The notes under the pieces are model-generated. The model saw only the letters and a program-made list of their open reading frames with translations, was not told where the DNA came from and did not search any database. Position numbers and translations under genes: made by a program. A stretch of 63,995 nt of DNA, filler included, from Vannella sp. (Eukaryota), in the NCBI GenBank assembly GCA_023345925.1. It is 6 parts of 6 records of this genome, joined end to end, with 100 filler letters (N's around TTAATTAATTAA, not from the genome) between each part and the next. Parts side by side here need not be neighbours in the genome. Positions count along the whole stretch, not along the records: positions 1 to 16,124 come from JAJQQN010000468.1; positions 16,225 to 26,856 come from JAJQQN010001343.1; 4 more parts are not named here. The stretch is one strand, 5' to 3'. Shown here piece by piece: positions 12,003-24,314 of this stretch (its first letter is position 1; every line of letters begins with the position of its first letter).

Positions 12003-13562
12003 TCACGTTAGATCCATATCCGTGGGCTTGAGGGGGGTCGTAGGAGAGATCAACCACGAGGTATCACAAAGAGCAGCAGCGGGGATGTTCTTCTCCACCA
12101 TCTCAGCCAACAGAGCCCTGCTATGGCCTAAACATCGCTCCAAAGAAGAAGAACGAGTTTTCCCAAAGAGTTCTGTCCTCCCTTGACCGTCAGCAACCCT
12201 TTCAGGCCGAGAAGAGGGGAACATACCCAAGATCGCTCCATTGACGGTCACCGCCAGTTTGAGGCGGAATGAAGCTGAGAACAAGTAGCCCACAGGGCTT
12301 CCTTTGGGATCAGGGTATGCCAACAGTGAGAACACGTCTTCTAGTAGTGTTTGGTGCTCCAGAACGAGCGGGTCCTCGAAAGTGAAGTGGCGGCGGCCGA
12401 AGAGGATGGTGGCCTCTGGAGTCTCCGTCTGGATCATCTGAATGAAACGGTGGATCTTCAACTGGAACTGAATGTCCTTCCTATCTGTAAGCGCCTGCGG
12501 GTGGTCCCTCTCAATGATCTCTTGAGCAGCTTTGACATCACCCAACATGATGAGACGGAGGATCACTTGGCGGTTCTCAATCGCAGCCAGCTCTTGACTC
12601 GTTGGGCTCTGTCGAAGAGAGCGAGAGAAGGCTTCCACTGTCTTGGAGTATCCGTGGTGGATCAGAAACTGCAAAATCATCTGCGGAATCTTCGCCTCCA
12701 GTTGGTCTCCAAAGTGCGTTTGAGCGTCCGACAGCATCTCGCTCCGCTCACGGAGAGCTTCTGAAGCAAAGTCGAAGAGGAAGGGCTTTTGGCCAAAGTT
12801 GGCTTCCACAATCTCGCCGGGAGTTCGAAGTCCCACCGTGGGATGAAGCGGTTCCGAGAGGATTCCCCGAAAGGCCACTGCAAGGGAGAGTCCGTTCTTT
12901 GTATAGAACACTGTGTTACTACGGAAGTTGACGCAGCAGCCGACAACGTCGCCTGTGGTGAAGGTTGGGCCATATTCATTTCCGCCTGAACCACGGAATA
13001 GGAACCTGGGTACACGGTAAGGGCATGGATCAGATCGTAGAGTGCCACTTCATACCCATCGTCAGCATGGTATCCATAGGAGTGCTCGTCCCATCCAGGG
13101 AGACGAGTCAGAGCCGTGGAAGGTGACGAGAGGCCGATGCCAATGTGCCTACAAGGAGATAAAACGTCAGCACAAGATCCATGAAGGCACAGAGATGGCT
13201 TCTGTAGCTTACCCGTCGCGCCCTTTGCTCACAATGAGAATCTCAAAGTAAAATAAGCCGCATGAAGGGGGGATGGGCCTTTCGGTTCGGATTGCCGCTG
13301 CATCCGTATCAAACTTACCCGTTCCCTTGTAAGACACCCGAAGGCGGTTCTCACTCAGGACGAGGTTCTTGCACTTGTTGTTGGGGTCCCAAAGGCAGGG
13401 AACAGCGATCTGCTTCAAGGACGCGTTCTCCGACATTTGCGAGAAGGCTGCCATACCACCTTCTAAAGGGGCCCTCTCAATCACTCTTGGTAAGCCCTCG
13501 CCCCCCAGCAAAGGTGAAGACACAAGTGGACCGTCCTCGACAGGCCCACCCGAAAGCTCCAT
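12003..13562 (-). CDS. RanBP9/10 (GID/CTLH E3 complex subunit; SPRY-LisH-CTLH-CRA), multi-exon
   Basis: [43 protein letters not shown], Lis[24 protein letters not shown]. Confidence 0.92.
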
Positions 13563-13632
13563 CAAAATGAGCCGAAACCCAAATAAAGACCAGTGTGAAG
13601 GAAATCTACATTATTTAGAGCGGTAATGGGAC

Positions 13633-14820
13633 TTAAGGATTGTTCAAATCATATTCCAATTCGACCGAGACCCTTTCCAGGTCCTCGTCGAGGGTGTCTT
13701 CTGGAGTAAAGTTCGTGAGCGCCCCTTTCTCTGGGTAATAGAGAGAGGGAGGGGCCCAGGTGCGGCTCGGTTCAGGGTAAAGCGGCTCGGTAGGGTAGGA
13801 GTGATACTCTGCCTCAGAAGGAGCAGAAAAGAACCTGTCCACTTGAGGTGGAGGGTGATAGGGCTCCATGGGGCCTCTGGTCAAGTCATGCGCAAAGAGG
13901 GTACTTTCAGGTACCGAATCGAAAGTGGGGAAGGTGGAGCGCGAAGCGACCCCCAGTTCTGGTTCAGAGCTGGAGAAGCTCATTCCTTCGTTGGCTGTCC
14001 ACCATCCATTGGGGGTGTACGTTCGTTCGGGAAGAGTCTGTCCCACGGAGGCTGATTTCCTTGACACGAAGTTGGTGTGGTCCGCCCTTCTCCAGCTGTG
14101 AGGTGCCATGGAGGTGTTGTGAGGTACCTCTGCCATATGGTTCATATAAGATACTCTTCCGTGGTCTTCGAGAACGGTGTCGCCCGCTAGAGAGGGCGGA
14201 GGAGGGAAATGGGCACTGAAAGGGGTCCCAGGATGACCTCCCTCAGAGGCGCGTCGCAAGTAATCCATCGATTGGCCAGTGTGTTCTTGGCGCAGTGGCT
14301 GAGCACTTCGAAAGGATGACTCAGAGCGATGAAGTGAGCGGATGTTGTGTGCTTCGGGTTGAAACGCGAACTTGGAGGATTGGTCAGTGAAGAGCAAAGG
14401 ATTCTGGGGAGTTGGACCTGGTGCTTCATAAGAGGGTACCATGGACGTGCTGTGAGTGAGCTTGTGGGAAGAAGTGGCTGTGAAGAGAGTCGCATCATCC
14501 GCTCCCAAGCGGCGACTACGTTGTGAAGGGGATGACATGCTACGGCGAGCTGGGAGAAGTGCAGAAGGGGTGATTGGGGTGGAGGGAAGCTCCAAAGAAT
14601 GGTCTGCATCATTCCAGTTGCCAAGGTAAACACTGTGCGGGTCGTGTCGAACGCCAAGAATTCTCTTGTTCGGTCGTCTCCCGGGTTTTCTGGTCTTCTT
14701 CTTCACTATGGGGAGACCTGGGGAGGGAGCTCCCGGCCTCTCGTCCATGCAGTCGGCAGGGCAGGACTTAAAAATGGGGCGCAGACCATTCCCAGAATCA
14801 TATGATTTTCGCCCAACCAA
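13633..14820 (-). CDS. Hypothetical Ser/Pro-rich protein with basic NLS-like patch
   Basis: Open frame of 395 codons filling the space between genes; KKKTRKPGRRPNKR patch. No domain recognised and the true start is uncertain (probably MDERPG). Confidence 0.55.
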   Translation of the reverse strand: MVGRKSYDSGNGLRPIFKSCPADCMDERPGAPSPGLPIVKKKTRKPGRRPNKRILGVRHDPHSVYLGNWNDADHSLELPSTPITPSALLPARRSMSSPSQRSRRLGADDATLFTATSSHKLTHSTSMVPSYEAPGPTPQNPLLFTDQSSKFAFQPEAHNIRSLHRSESSFRSAQPLRQEHTGQSMDYLRRASEGGHPGTPFSAHFPPPPSLAGDTVLEDHGRVSYMNHMAEVPHNTSMAPHSWRRADHTNFVSRKSASVGQTLPERTYTPNGWWTANEGMSFSSSEPELGVASRSTFPTFDSVPESTLFAHDLTRGPMEPYHPPPQVDRFFSAPSEAEYHSYPTEPLYPEPSRTWAPPSLYYPEKGALTNFTPEDTLDEDLERVSVELEYDLNNP

Positions 14821-14938
14821 AAGAATATTTCCTAATATGGGACTTTAAAATTCAAGAAATTTATCAATTTCTTCCCTTTTTTGGCTGAAGCACCTCATTC
14901 GGATTCTAGGCGAACCGCCCGGTTTGGGGTATTTTACA

Positions 14939-16124
14939 TCATGATGACATGAGAATGGATTGCTTTAGGGTCTGTGTGGAGCATGAGGAAGATCCCAAAT
15001 GGGAAGGAAGGGCGGCTCACCTTGTACTCTTCGTATTCCCGTTTGACAGGTTCGCGATCCTGAACAAATTGGACTGGCCGGCGATTGTGGCTGGCAAAGT
15101 TCGCTTGGTAAGTGCACAGCAACTTCTGGAGGGCTTTCTTGCGTTCCCTCATCTCCTCGAGAGTGAGAACTGTTCGTTCGCCTAAGTTCTCCTTCTGGCC
15201 CTCCTCTGGTGAACAAGGATTGCTACTAGAAGGAAGTGGCGTAGCATCTTCTGGGCTCTTGAACTCCACCAGCGCCTTGTAGCGTTCGTACAATGGGCGG
15301 AGAGACTCTTTTTCCTTCTTCGAAGGCTGCGAAGGGGTGTCAGGAGGGACGAGAGGAACACTGCCGACTTACGAAGTGGCCATAGCGGTTCTGAAAGGCG
15401 AGGTCGTAGTTGCGGAGTTCCCATTTGAGGGCGGCGCGTTCCTCCTCCCTTTGGGAAGGGCTCATCTTCTTGATGTCAAAAGGGCGGCTGGCAGAGGCGT
15501 GAGCGCGCTTCAGCTGACGCAAGGCATAGGAAAGAGGGTTTTGCAGATCAAACTCGGGGCAAAACGAAGCGGGGATGGAGTCTTCAGCATTCAAGGCTGC
15601 CAGGCGTTCATCCACAAGCACAGGATTCGTGGACAAGTCCCCAGAGGCTTCAGAGGACTCATGTACTATCTGACTGCTATCTTGGGGCACCGGTCCCGTT
15701 CCCTTCTCGTAGTAAGCCCCAAACACACGGATCTGGAGAAGGAAGTCTCACCAGTACGAGGAAGTCGAAGTGCTCTAAGATGGAGGAGATGATACCATTA
15801 ACATGACGTGAATCTTCCACCATACGAAGCATTGACTCATGGCGGGGTCGAAGCAGGTTAGGCCCCAGCACAATGGCAAGGTTGGGGATGCCCATTTTGT
15901 TGATCTGCACCGAATCGTCACGGACTGGTCCAGGAGGAAGAAGATTAGGGAGCTCACATCAACGTTCTTTGCCACTGTCAGCAGAAAGGCGCATAAGCGG
16001 GTGAGGAGAGCCTTGTGGGAGACTGGCAAGGCGTTGACAAGCTTCCGGATGTTGCTCATGCGGTATGCCAGGTCTGTCGACTCTGTAAGAAGGTTCTCGT
16101 CAGTATTGGGGCGAGGAAGGCAAC
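14939..16124 (-). CDS. FAM13-like RhoGAP, 3' part (5'-truncated at contig end)
   Basis: RhoGAP end NKMGIPNLAIVLGPNLLRP followed by two FAM13-type helical repeats (EERAALKWELRNYDLAF..LYERYK; RKKALQKLL..DREPVKREYEEYK). Confidence 0.8.
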
Positions 16125-16224
16125 NNNNNNNNNNNNNNNNNNNNNNNNNNNNNNNNNNNNNNNNNNNNTTAATTAATTAANNNNNNNNNNNNNNNNNNNN
16201 NNNNNNNNNNNNNNNNNNNNNNNN
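16125..16224. other. Artificial contig linker
   Basis: 44 N + TTAATTAATTAA + 44 N; identical design at five sites. Confidence 0.98.
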
Positions 16225-19200
16225 TGTGGCTAGGAAGGGTAATGTGAATTCAGGAGAATCCAAGAGCAAAGGTCGAGTGAGTTTTGGTCGGAAATCGTTC
16301 CGCTTCAAAAGCTTGAACAGTCCAGTTCCCAACGGAACTGGAGCACCTACAATGATGCATTCACTGACTCCCTCGATGGTGTCTCCACGATTGTACACAG
16401 CAGCATCGAATAGATGATCGGTCGTCTTCTCAAAGGATGCTAACATCAAAACACTAAGGAAGGTTAGCACAGCAAAGGGGTCACCAAGTGAGACACTAAC
16501 CTGTCCTTCATCTTTTGTACACCGTGCCGCTGGATGCCGAGGCACATTCCTTTGAAAGTCATGATGTCAGCCAACAACATAAGATGTCGCGTGTCCACCG
16601 CTATTCCGTGGTTCCTCATTGTCATGCTGATTTCATTGATGATGGTAATGCGCGCTGCCTCAATTCCCAAAACCCGCTCCACCTCCACAACATCGTTAGA
16701 AACTGCTTCTCTTCCGACCACTCCATCCACATTCATCACACTTTGGAGATCATCGCCCTCCACAACCAGTCCATATGTTTCTGGTGACTCAGTCAAGATG
16801 GATATCACTGCACGACTGACTGAAGCGATGCCCTCAATGAGAACTTTGGGAAGGGCGCGCCGAAGAACTTCCAGATTGAAGAACAGGTTCTCCTTGAGGG
16901 CTGAGTGGTCTGGATAGACCACCAAGATGTCTTCGCCTTGAATACCAACATCCTTTGTCGCCACCTTCTTGTTGCTAATGATAGCCTCTCTGATGGATGT
17001 GATAGTTACTCCTTGCAACTGCAACTCGCGAATAGTCTTGAGCGAAACCTTGACAGTGATGTAGCAATTTGACTTGTCAAAGACCTTCGTAATGCTTTCA
17101 GAGACTTCACCTAGTGTAGTACGTTCTACTCGACCCTTGACGACACGGGCAAAGTCGCTGTTGTGCTTCAAAGTCAGTGGCGCGTTGACGATTGGGGTAC
17201 TAATGTTCTTAGAGGCACTGATAATCTCCCGGATACGCGGAACACCCTGAGTGATATTCATACTTGCGACACCAGCAAAGTGGAAGGTCTTCAGCGTCAT
17301 TTGAGTTCCAGGCTCTGAAATTGATTGTGCCCCAAGGGCTCCAACGGCAGTACCTGGTTCGATAATTGCACGATGGAATTTCAAGGCGCAGGTTTCGAGG
17401 AAGCGATTGAGGATGCCCTCTGAGATCATCCACTCACTCGCATTGATTTGGCGAGCAAGCCTTGGTGAAAGAGGGCGTTTGGGATCCCAGTTTTCGATGG
17501 CCCGCTCCTGTTTAATCAAGAACGTCACTTTGCCGCTCAAAAAATCAGCAAGGCTTTCTTTGAACGTCTCAGAGCATCGAGATAGCACCGGACCTTGGAT
17601 AAGAGGATCGATAAGATTACGGAGCTCAGCTGAGTTCAGAGGCTCTTCTGAACCAACCAACTCCATGTGAACGGAGATGGATTGATTAAGGACACGTTCA
17701 AACTCCATTGGGACGTTGTTCCCTTCCATATTACCAGGATCGAGGGAGTCTCCTCCATACTCAAATTGGATAACCGTTGAAGAGGCATTGCGAACAGTGT
17801 GGTCGTATTGAACGGAGAGATCCTCAAGAGCTTTCATCAGCTTCCGCGCCATGTATCCTGTCTCGGCTGTTTTCACTGCTGTGTCAACAAGACCTTCGCG
17901 ACCACCCATAGTGTGGAAGAAGAACTCTGTGGCTGTCATTCCAGAGTAAAAGCTGTTTTTGACAAACCCTCTAGCTTCTGGAGATTTGGCTGGGCGAAAG
18001 GTTAGAAATGATTATCAAACAGCGTCCATAGAGGTAGATTCATACTTACAGTGGAACTCAAAGTGGGGCAAAGTTCGATTGATGAATCCTTCTGTCACAC
18101 GGGAACCACTGACAGTTTGCTGCCCAACACAAGCAACCATCTGAGAAATATTCAAGGAGGAGCCCTTCGATCCAGAGTAGGCCATGATAAGTGGAGCATT
18201 GCTAAAGTGCAAGTACTCCGAGCAGAGTTTTCCAGATTCAGTACGGATGTCTGACAACTCTTTGTTCATCTTGTGTTCGAGAGTTGTCTCAACAGAACAA
18301 CCTGGAGATGCCTCCAGTCGCCCAAGCTTCCAATCTTCCAGGAGGCCCTCACATTTGGCATAGTTCTCCTTCATTACTGCCTCCTTGGCATTGTTGAGAG
18401 CCTCTGAAGCCTGAACATCATCAATTCCAATAGAAAAGCCCCGATCAGCTTGATTAAGAGTTAGATTTGGCGCATCAGAATTTTTTGACTTACTGAAAAA
18501 GCGTCCGCAAAGCTTCGCAAGGCAAGACATGCGATTCGCTGCTACCTCTGGGCCAAAGTCTCGAAGCATCAAGTGGAAGACGCTTCGCTTACTTCCACTT
18601 CCTAAGATGCTCTTGTCCATTGTACCGCACAGGAGTTCGCTGTTTCTTATAACCATGAATGCATCAGAAGGATCCATCTCTTCCAGCTTCGTAGCGTAAT
18701 TCTTTCCCGGACCACGATGATTGATGAGCACTTGAGAGGACTTGTTTGGGCGGAAGAGAACATTAAAGAGTTGCTTTCCCGTGTAAAGCACCACTGGCTT
18801 CAAGATAGCAGGCTCTGGCAAATCGATGTGCATAGTGGCATCAAACATGTACTGGCAATACTGCCAAAAGCGCTCGCGAGTAAGGAATGTGTCCTTTCGC
18901 GAGAGAATGAAAGACGCTGTGATGAAATCCTGGATAGCTGCAATCAGCGGCTCTCCTGATCGAGATGTGATCAAGTTTCGGGTGACACCCATTAGGTTCC
19001 AAGCCTCTGCACGAGCCTCTTCTGTTTGTGGAAGATGTAAATTCATCTCGTCGCCATCGAAATCAGCATTGTAAGGTGTACAAACACACTCGTTGAACCG
19101 GAAAGTGCGCCAAGGCATGATTTTGGCACGATGGGCCATGATGGACAGCTTATGCAAAGAGGGTTGACGATTAAAGAGAACAACATCGCCGTCCTCCATG

Positions 19201-20709
19201 TGTCTTTCGACGATATCTCCAATGCGAAGCGAAATGGCGATCTTCTCTCGGACAGCTTGAGGCAAATGCCCAATTTTTTTCTTCGTTCCATCGCCATACT
19301 CAACGTAGTTGGCTCCAGGATGAACCAGGGAGCCAGCAATCACTAATTTCCGGAGTTTCTCAATATTGTGTGAGAAGACACGCTCGGGATAAGTCATCAC
19401 CATCGCTACAAGAACGGGAACAGCAACTTGGTCAATACGCAAGTTAGGGTCTGGAGAAATGACAGTGCGAGAAGTAAAGTCAACTCGTTTTCCGGACAAG
19501 TTTCCGCGGAAGCGTCCATGCTTGCCCTTTAGGCGCTGGCAAAGAGAACGGATCTTCTTGATAACATCCTTGCTTGGGGGAGTAACGCCAGGACAGTCAC
19601 TGTTGAGATAGACAGCAGTGTTGAACTGTAAATACTCCCAATCCTATCGCAAATGCGTCAGCAATCACTGAGTGAACTAATCCATCCCATCTCACCCCCA
19701 TTATCTGTGAGATTGTCTTCCCCTCCTGCATGGCTTCACGGCAGATGTTGTTAACGCTGATGATGTCAGCAATCTTCACAGTAAGGTCATCCTCATTGCT
19801 TCCACCAACTCCAGGCATCATCACAGACGGGCGAATGCACAAAGGAGGCACCAAGTGATTCGTCATTATGAATCGTTCTGGAAAAGGAGTGTCGAGCAAC
19901 TCTCGATCCTCCGCTGGAATGCGTTCAAAGAGACGAAGAACCTTTGCTGGATCGAGGTCTTCCATGGCCTTGCTGATGTGGGGCTCGATCTCAGAGTTAT
20001 TCTCTTTCGCGTTGTTGAATAAGAGCAGGTGTTCCTCAGTCAGCCCTGTCTTGAGCGGCTCGTGAACAAGCTTAAGCCCAGTGCCAACCTTGCGAACAGT
20101 CCCGTTCTTGCTTCCACAGTGAGGACAAGTGGAGGCCCTCTTGCACTTGACCCCGATCTCTTCCTTGATGATCACGTACTTCTCTTGATAAGAGTGACAT
20201 GCCCTGAGCTTCTTCAAGTAATTGGCGCGCTCTGCATCGTTCAGCAGAAGCTTAGAACAAGACTACACCACAGAACGAACGAAGGGTGAGGATACATCGA
20301 GATGTGATCGAGGGAGGAGGGCATAGCTCACCTTGCAGATGATCTGGAGGGTAAAGTGCGTCGTTTTGAAGAACCCAAAGTGGAAGATAGGCACGCAGAA
20401 GTCGATAAAACCAAAGTGTCCGACGCAAGTCACCGGATCTTCGTTACACGTCTGACAAACAGATTTCTTATGCCCTGCACCCATGCGAGAATCAAGAGGA
20501 CCATGCGGGTAGGGCATCTCGATGCTCCCTTGGTACATATCACGATGGGACACCTCCAAGTGCGATAACTGTCGCACCTCCGTCGAGCTGAAGGCACCAA
20601 ACTCCAACCTCCCTCTACCCACTCATGTTACACTCACTTCCTACATCTCATCAGCGTCTTACATCTTCTGGGGAAGGCCCTCATCGAAGACAAAGGTCTT
20701 CTGACTCAT
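16225..20709 (-). CDS. POLR3A: RNA polymerase III largest subunit RPC1, multi-exon (stop lost at contig end)
   Basis: [42 protein letters not shown] and SECIIVG are RPC1-type; no heptad CTD seen in the sequenced part. Confidence 0.95.
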
Positions 20710-20799
20710 CAACTCGCCAAATGAATGAAAAGAAATGATTAAATTTCATGGATAATTGAAGGCCAGTGAACAGCTTCTTCAGAGCATTCATTTGGCGCT

Positions 20800-21195
20800 A
20801 TGTCGGACGAACGACCCCTTCTCTCCTCCCGCATCATCCTTGCGCAGGTGATTGGCCGCGTATGCTTCCCCAAGAACCAGGCATCTTTATTGTGTAAGTT
20901 CAAGAACCAGTACAACCCAAGTGAGTGTGACGAGGCCATTGAAGAGAAATTCGAGTGCCAGAAGACCATGTAGGTTTGCTCCTCCTCTTTTCTCGTTTGG
21001 AACCCAGGCGTGCGGAGTAGATAGAGCTAAGCATCTCATTTTTATGTATTTAGCATCGAGGAGTTCCAGGACGAGGAAACCTTCATTAACTATCGGGACT
21101 GTCTCGAGAGTAACGAGTTCCACTTCAACGTCTGCCAAGACGAGAAGGAGAAACTCACTGAGTTCATCCACACCACCAACTACCGATACCTCTAA
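20800..21195 (+). CDS. NDUFA8: NDUFA8-like twin-CX9C mitochondrial complex I subunit (2 exons, 103 aa)
   Basis: Exons 20800-20969 and 21054-21195: ..VCFPKNQASLLCKFKNQYNPSECDEAIEEKFECQKT..FINYRDCLESNEFHFNVCQDEKEKLTEF. Missed by the ORF track. Confidence 0.72.
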
Positions 21196-21317
21196 ATAAG
21201 AGCGATCAGACCTTCTCCTCTTTGTATTCAGGCAGCTGGTGATCGACACACCAATAAACAGCAAGCAAGCCCAGCCATGCATCAACCACCAGCATCTAGA
21301 GAGGAAGAGAAACTTGT

Positions 21318-23704
21318 TTACTTAATTGCGACAACGACAGGCCCAGTGGAGGGCGTGTTTGGCTTCGACACAGTCACGACATGTCCTTTAGAACCAGTAG
21401 GCTGGCACGTGACACGACTTGGGTCAATCTCAAACGGCATGTTGACCTACTTCTTGTAAGAGGAGTCTTCAAAAGTGTCAACGCGAAAGCTTACCTTCTC
21501 CTTGCGAGTTATCGTCTGGGTGAGGAGTGAGGCGCCTTCTTGGCTCTTCTCAGTGTACTGGCTCTCAAAGCATAGCGTCCTTTTGTTGATGATTTTCAAC
21601 TCCACGAGCGTGTCGTTCCGGCAAGGGTCCGTGGTGAAGAGGATCGCATCAGCCACCTGCTGGACTTGCATCTTCAGGCGCGGGAGGGGCGAGTCTGCGA
21701 TTGCAGGGAGAGAGTACGAGTAGATACTCTGCTCTCCATCAACGACACCTGCAGCTACGGCCTTGCTGATGAGGATCTGTACCTCAGAGGTTGGGGTGTA
21801 GGATGCCGACACACTGGAGGGGGAAAGGTTGAAGGGGAGTGTCCACTGTGGAGGGTAGGGTTAAAAGGAGACCACACATAGCCCTCTAGAGAACTTACCT
21901 CTTGGATAGAGGCCTTGTCAGCTCCTTCCAGACGAAGAAGATTGTTCTCCAGTGTCAGTTGAACAGATTCGCTCTTTCCAGGGACAGGAAGGGATAGTAT
22001 GGCGTAGTTGATACCATCAGATGTTTCTGTGCATAGAGATGAGCCATATTTCAGCGACAGTCGCCTCCTGCAACGCACCTTTAAGGAAATCACATCCTGG
22101 TACCCTTCCATTGACTCCTTCATCAAATGCCTTCGCAAAGGCAGCAACGGTCATGTTGTGCTTCTGGCTATGTGGTCCAGTTCCTACACCAATGACTGTA
22201 AGATCGGGGTTTAAGAGAGCCTTTCTCTGAGCACGCGAAACGTCGCCGTCGTCAATCAACCATCGCACCACAACATCACGTGGCGAGTTAGCGAGCACTC
22301 CATAGTTAGCAAGCTCAATGATTTGACCATGCCATTGTCCAAACTGGGTCAACCGCTTGCTTGACTCTGTTCCACAAGCGCTAGTAGTTGTGGTCAACCC
22401 CACGGGCCCGTTAGCATCCACCAACATCTGACAAGATTGGCTGAGGCCCTTAGAAAGCGTGAGTGGCTTGCACTGCTGAGAGAAAGCCTGCAAGAACTCA
22501 ATGGCTCCCTCCAACGCGCCGACTCCTTCAACAATGTCCTCCCCTGCTGTAGTCCCGTACTTCTCGATGAGATCCACCAGGTAGTCTGTGTAAGCATCAG
22601 GACTCTTCCGGAGGGCATTAATCTCTTGCAGTAGCCTCTCAGGAAAGTCCCCTGAAGCTGCTTCAGAGCGATTCTCAGTTGGAGCTTGTGTTGGCTCTGG
22701 TGCCGCCCTGGGCTCTTCAACAGCTCGTGGAGGTTGCTCCTGTTGCGCTTTCTCTGCAGCTTCTACTAAGCTCTTCTGGTAGTCGATCTCCACCATGAGC
22801 TCTCGATTGACAGCAAGAGCCTCGTCCAGACTGTTCCGCAACTCTTTGGCAGAGGCACTGAGCTCGCCATTCTCCTTCTCTAAGAGGAGTACTTGCTCTT
22901 CTATCTCAGTGGATAGTGTCTTGTTAACGCTGTGTTGCTCAGCAAAGAGCAAAGCTTGTTCTTCCATTTCATTAGCCAGCTCCTTTACTCGAAGAGACAA
23001 GGTCTCCACCTCTTTGGACTTGACGCTGAGCTCCTCGTTCTTATCAGTGATCTCTTTGTTGAGTTGTGCGACCTTCTCGTCCAAAGACTTCTCCGAACTT
23101 TGGATTTCCGTCAACGACTCGACCTGCTGACGCAGGTTGGCGATAATTGTGGTGTTTGCTGCACCATCTGACTTGAGGGCATCCACTTCCTTCTGAAGCT
23201 CTCGCCTCCGGCTCTCCTCCTCCGTCCGCACTTCCTCCGCTTTCTGTTTGAAGAGCGTAAACTCTTCTTGGGATGTGGTAAGCTCTGTTTGTAAGGCGGT
23301 ACTGCGTGTTTGATACTCTGACAATGACTGTTGCAGTTTCGCTGCATCCGTACTGGCTGTTTGGAGCTTAGTTAGCTCCAGCTTGAGGGCGTCGATCTCT
23401 TTTCGAAGGTTAAAGACCTCTTTCTTATGAGCGGCGTCCTTCTGCATGAGCTCTTGATTGAAGTTACTTGCTACAGCTGAAGCAGCTTTTGTCCCAGCGC
23501 CTTCGTCTTCACGTTGTTTCCTCCGCTCCGCCACCCGCTTCATGATATCTTGGCGTCTCCGTTCCTTCTCATCGATCTCGCCCTCGTCTGGAGCACTCTC
23601 CGAAAGGCGCTTCCGCTGTACCATCTCAGCCATCTCTGCACTCATCTCCGCCTGTCACAAAGTCAGCCCGCCGACCTCATTCTCCGGCAGGTTGTCCTCA
23701 CCAT
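21318..23704 (-). CDS. Coiled-coil + CAP/SCP-like + C-terminal HSP20-like beta-domain protein, multi-exon
   Basis: About 300 aa of heptad coiled coil; CAP motifs LQEINALR, EGVGALEGAIEFL, WLIDDG..R..R.ALLNPD..IGVGTGPH; spliced C-terminus ending VNMPFEIDPSRV..VTVSKP..VAIK*. Confidence 0.75.
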
Positions 23705-23933
23705 GACCGGCTGGAAATAAAATGTCTTCCTCACGGCGGACTCCCTTTGGGAACCTTTATTTGGAGGAGATGACTGGTCCGGTAGGGGTGGAGAGGGTCC
23801 TTTTGTGGGAGAGGGTGGACTAAACAAGGAGAGAGGAACATGCTATCGTTAGGAGTACGCAGTGGGATGGTGGAACGAGGGTTTAGTTGGGTGTGGAGCT
23901 CTGCTGAAGAACGAGCGAGAGTGCCGGCGTACG

Positions 23934-24195
23934 TTACACGGGGAGGGGTTCTGGAGGGGGAGTTGCCAGGTAATAGATACCCATGATGAGCAGAATGATG
24001 GCTGCGGGCCACAGGCATAACCAACCAATGCCGGTAATCAACCCAATGACAAAACATAATAACGAGAGGAGGAAGCAGGTCATTGCTTTACTGGAACCAG
24101 CGTTCGCATTCTGCACACTACACAGAAGGTCAGAGTCTCCTTCCCACTCGCCGTACTTCTCTCTTCACCCACACAACGACTTGTGTCTCCGCCAT
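23934..24195 (-). CDS. Small two-TM membrane protein (2 exons)
   Basis: Spliced MAETQVVVVQNANAGSSKAMTCFLLSLLCFVIGLITGIGWLCLWPAAIILLIMGIYYLATPPPEPLPV*. Confidence 0.55.
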
Positions 24196-24314
24196 GCCCC
24201 AAAGATGACCAAATAAATGAATTCCGTTCTCAAATAATTATTTCTAATCATTTATTTTTGTCTTTACGACTAAAACGACTTCTCTGGGCAGTTTGTCATT
24301 CAGGCCGGTTTGGC

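Noticed and set aside
16125..16224. Recurrent palindromic TTAATTAATTAA flanked by Ns (five times)
   Set aside because: Artificial six-frame-stop linker between contigs; gene adjacency across these sites is not evidence of linkage.
16225..20709. Fragmented RNA polymerase read as a pseudogene, split/viral RNAP or alternative genetic code
   Set aside because: Breaks examined coincide with short GT-AG introns and the motifs are RPC1-type; the standard code works for all models built.
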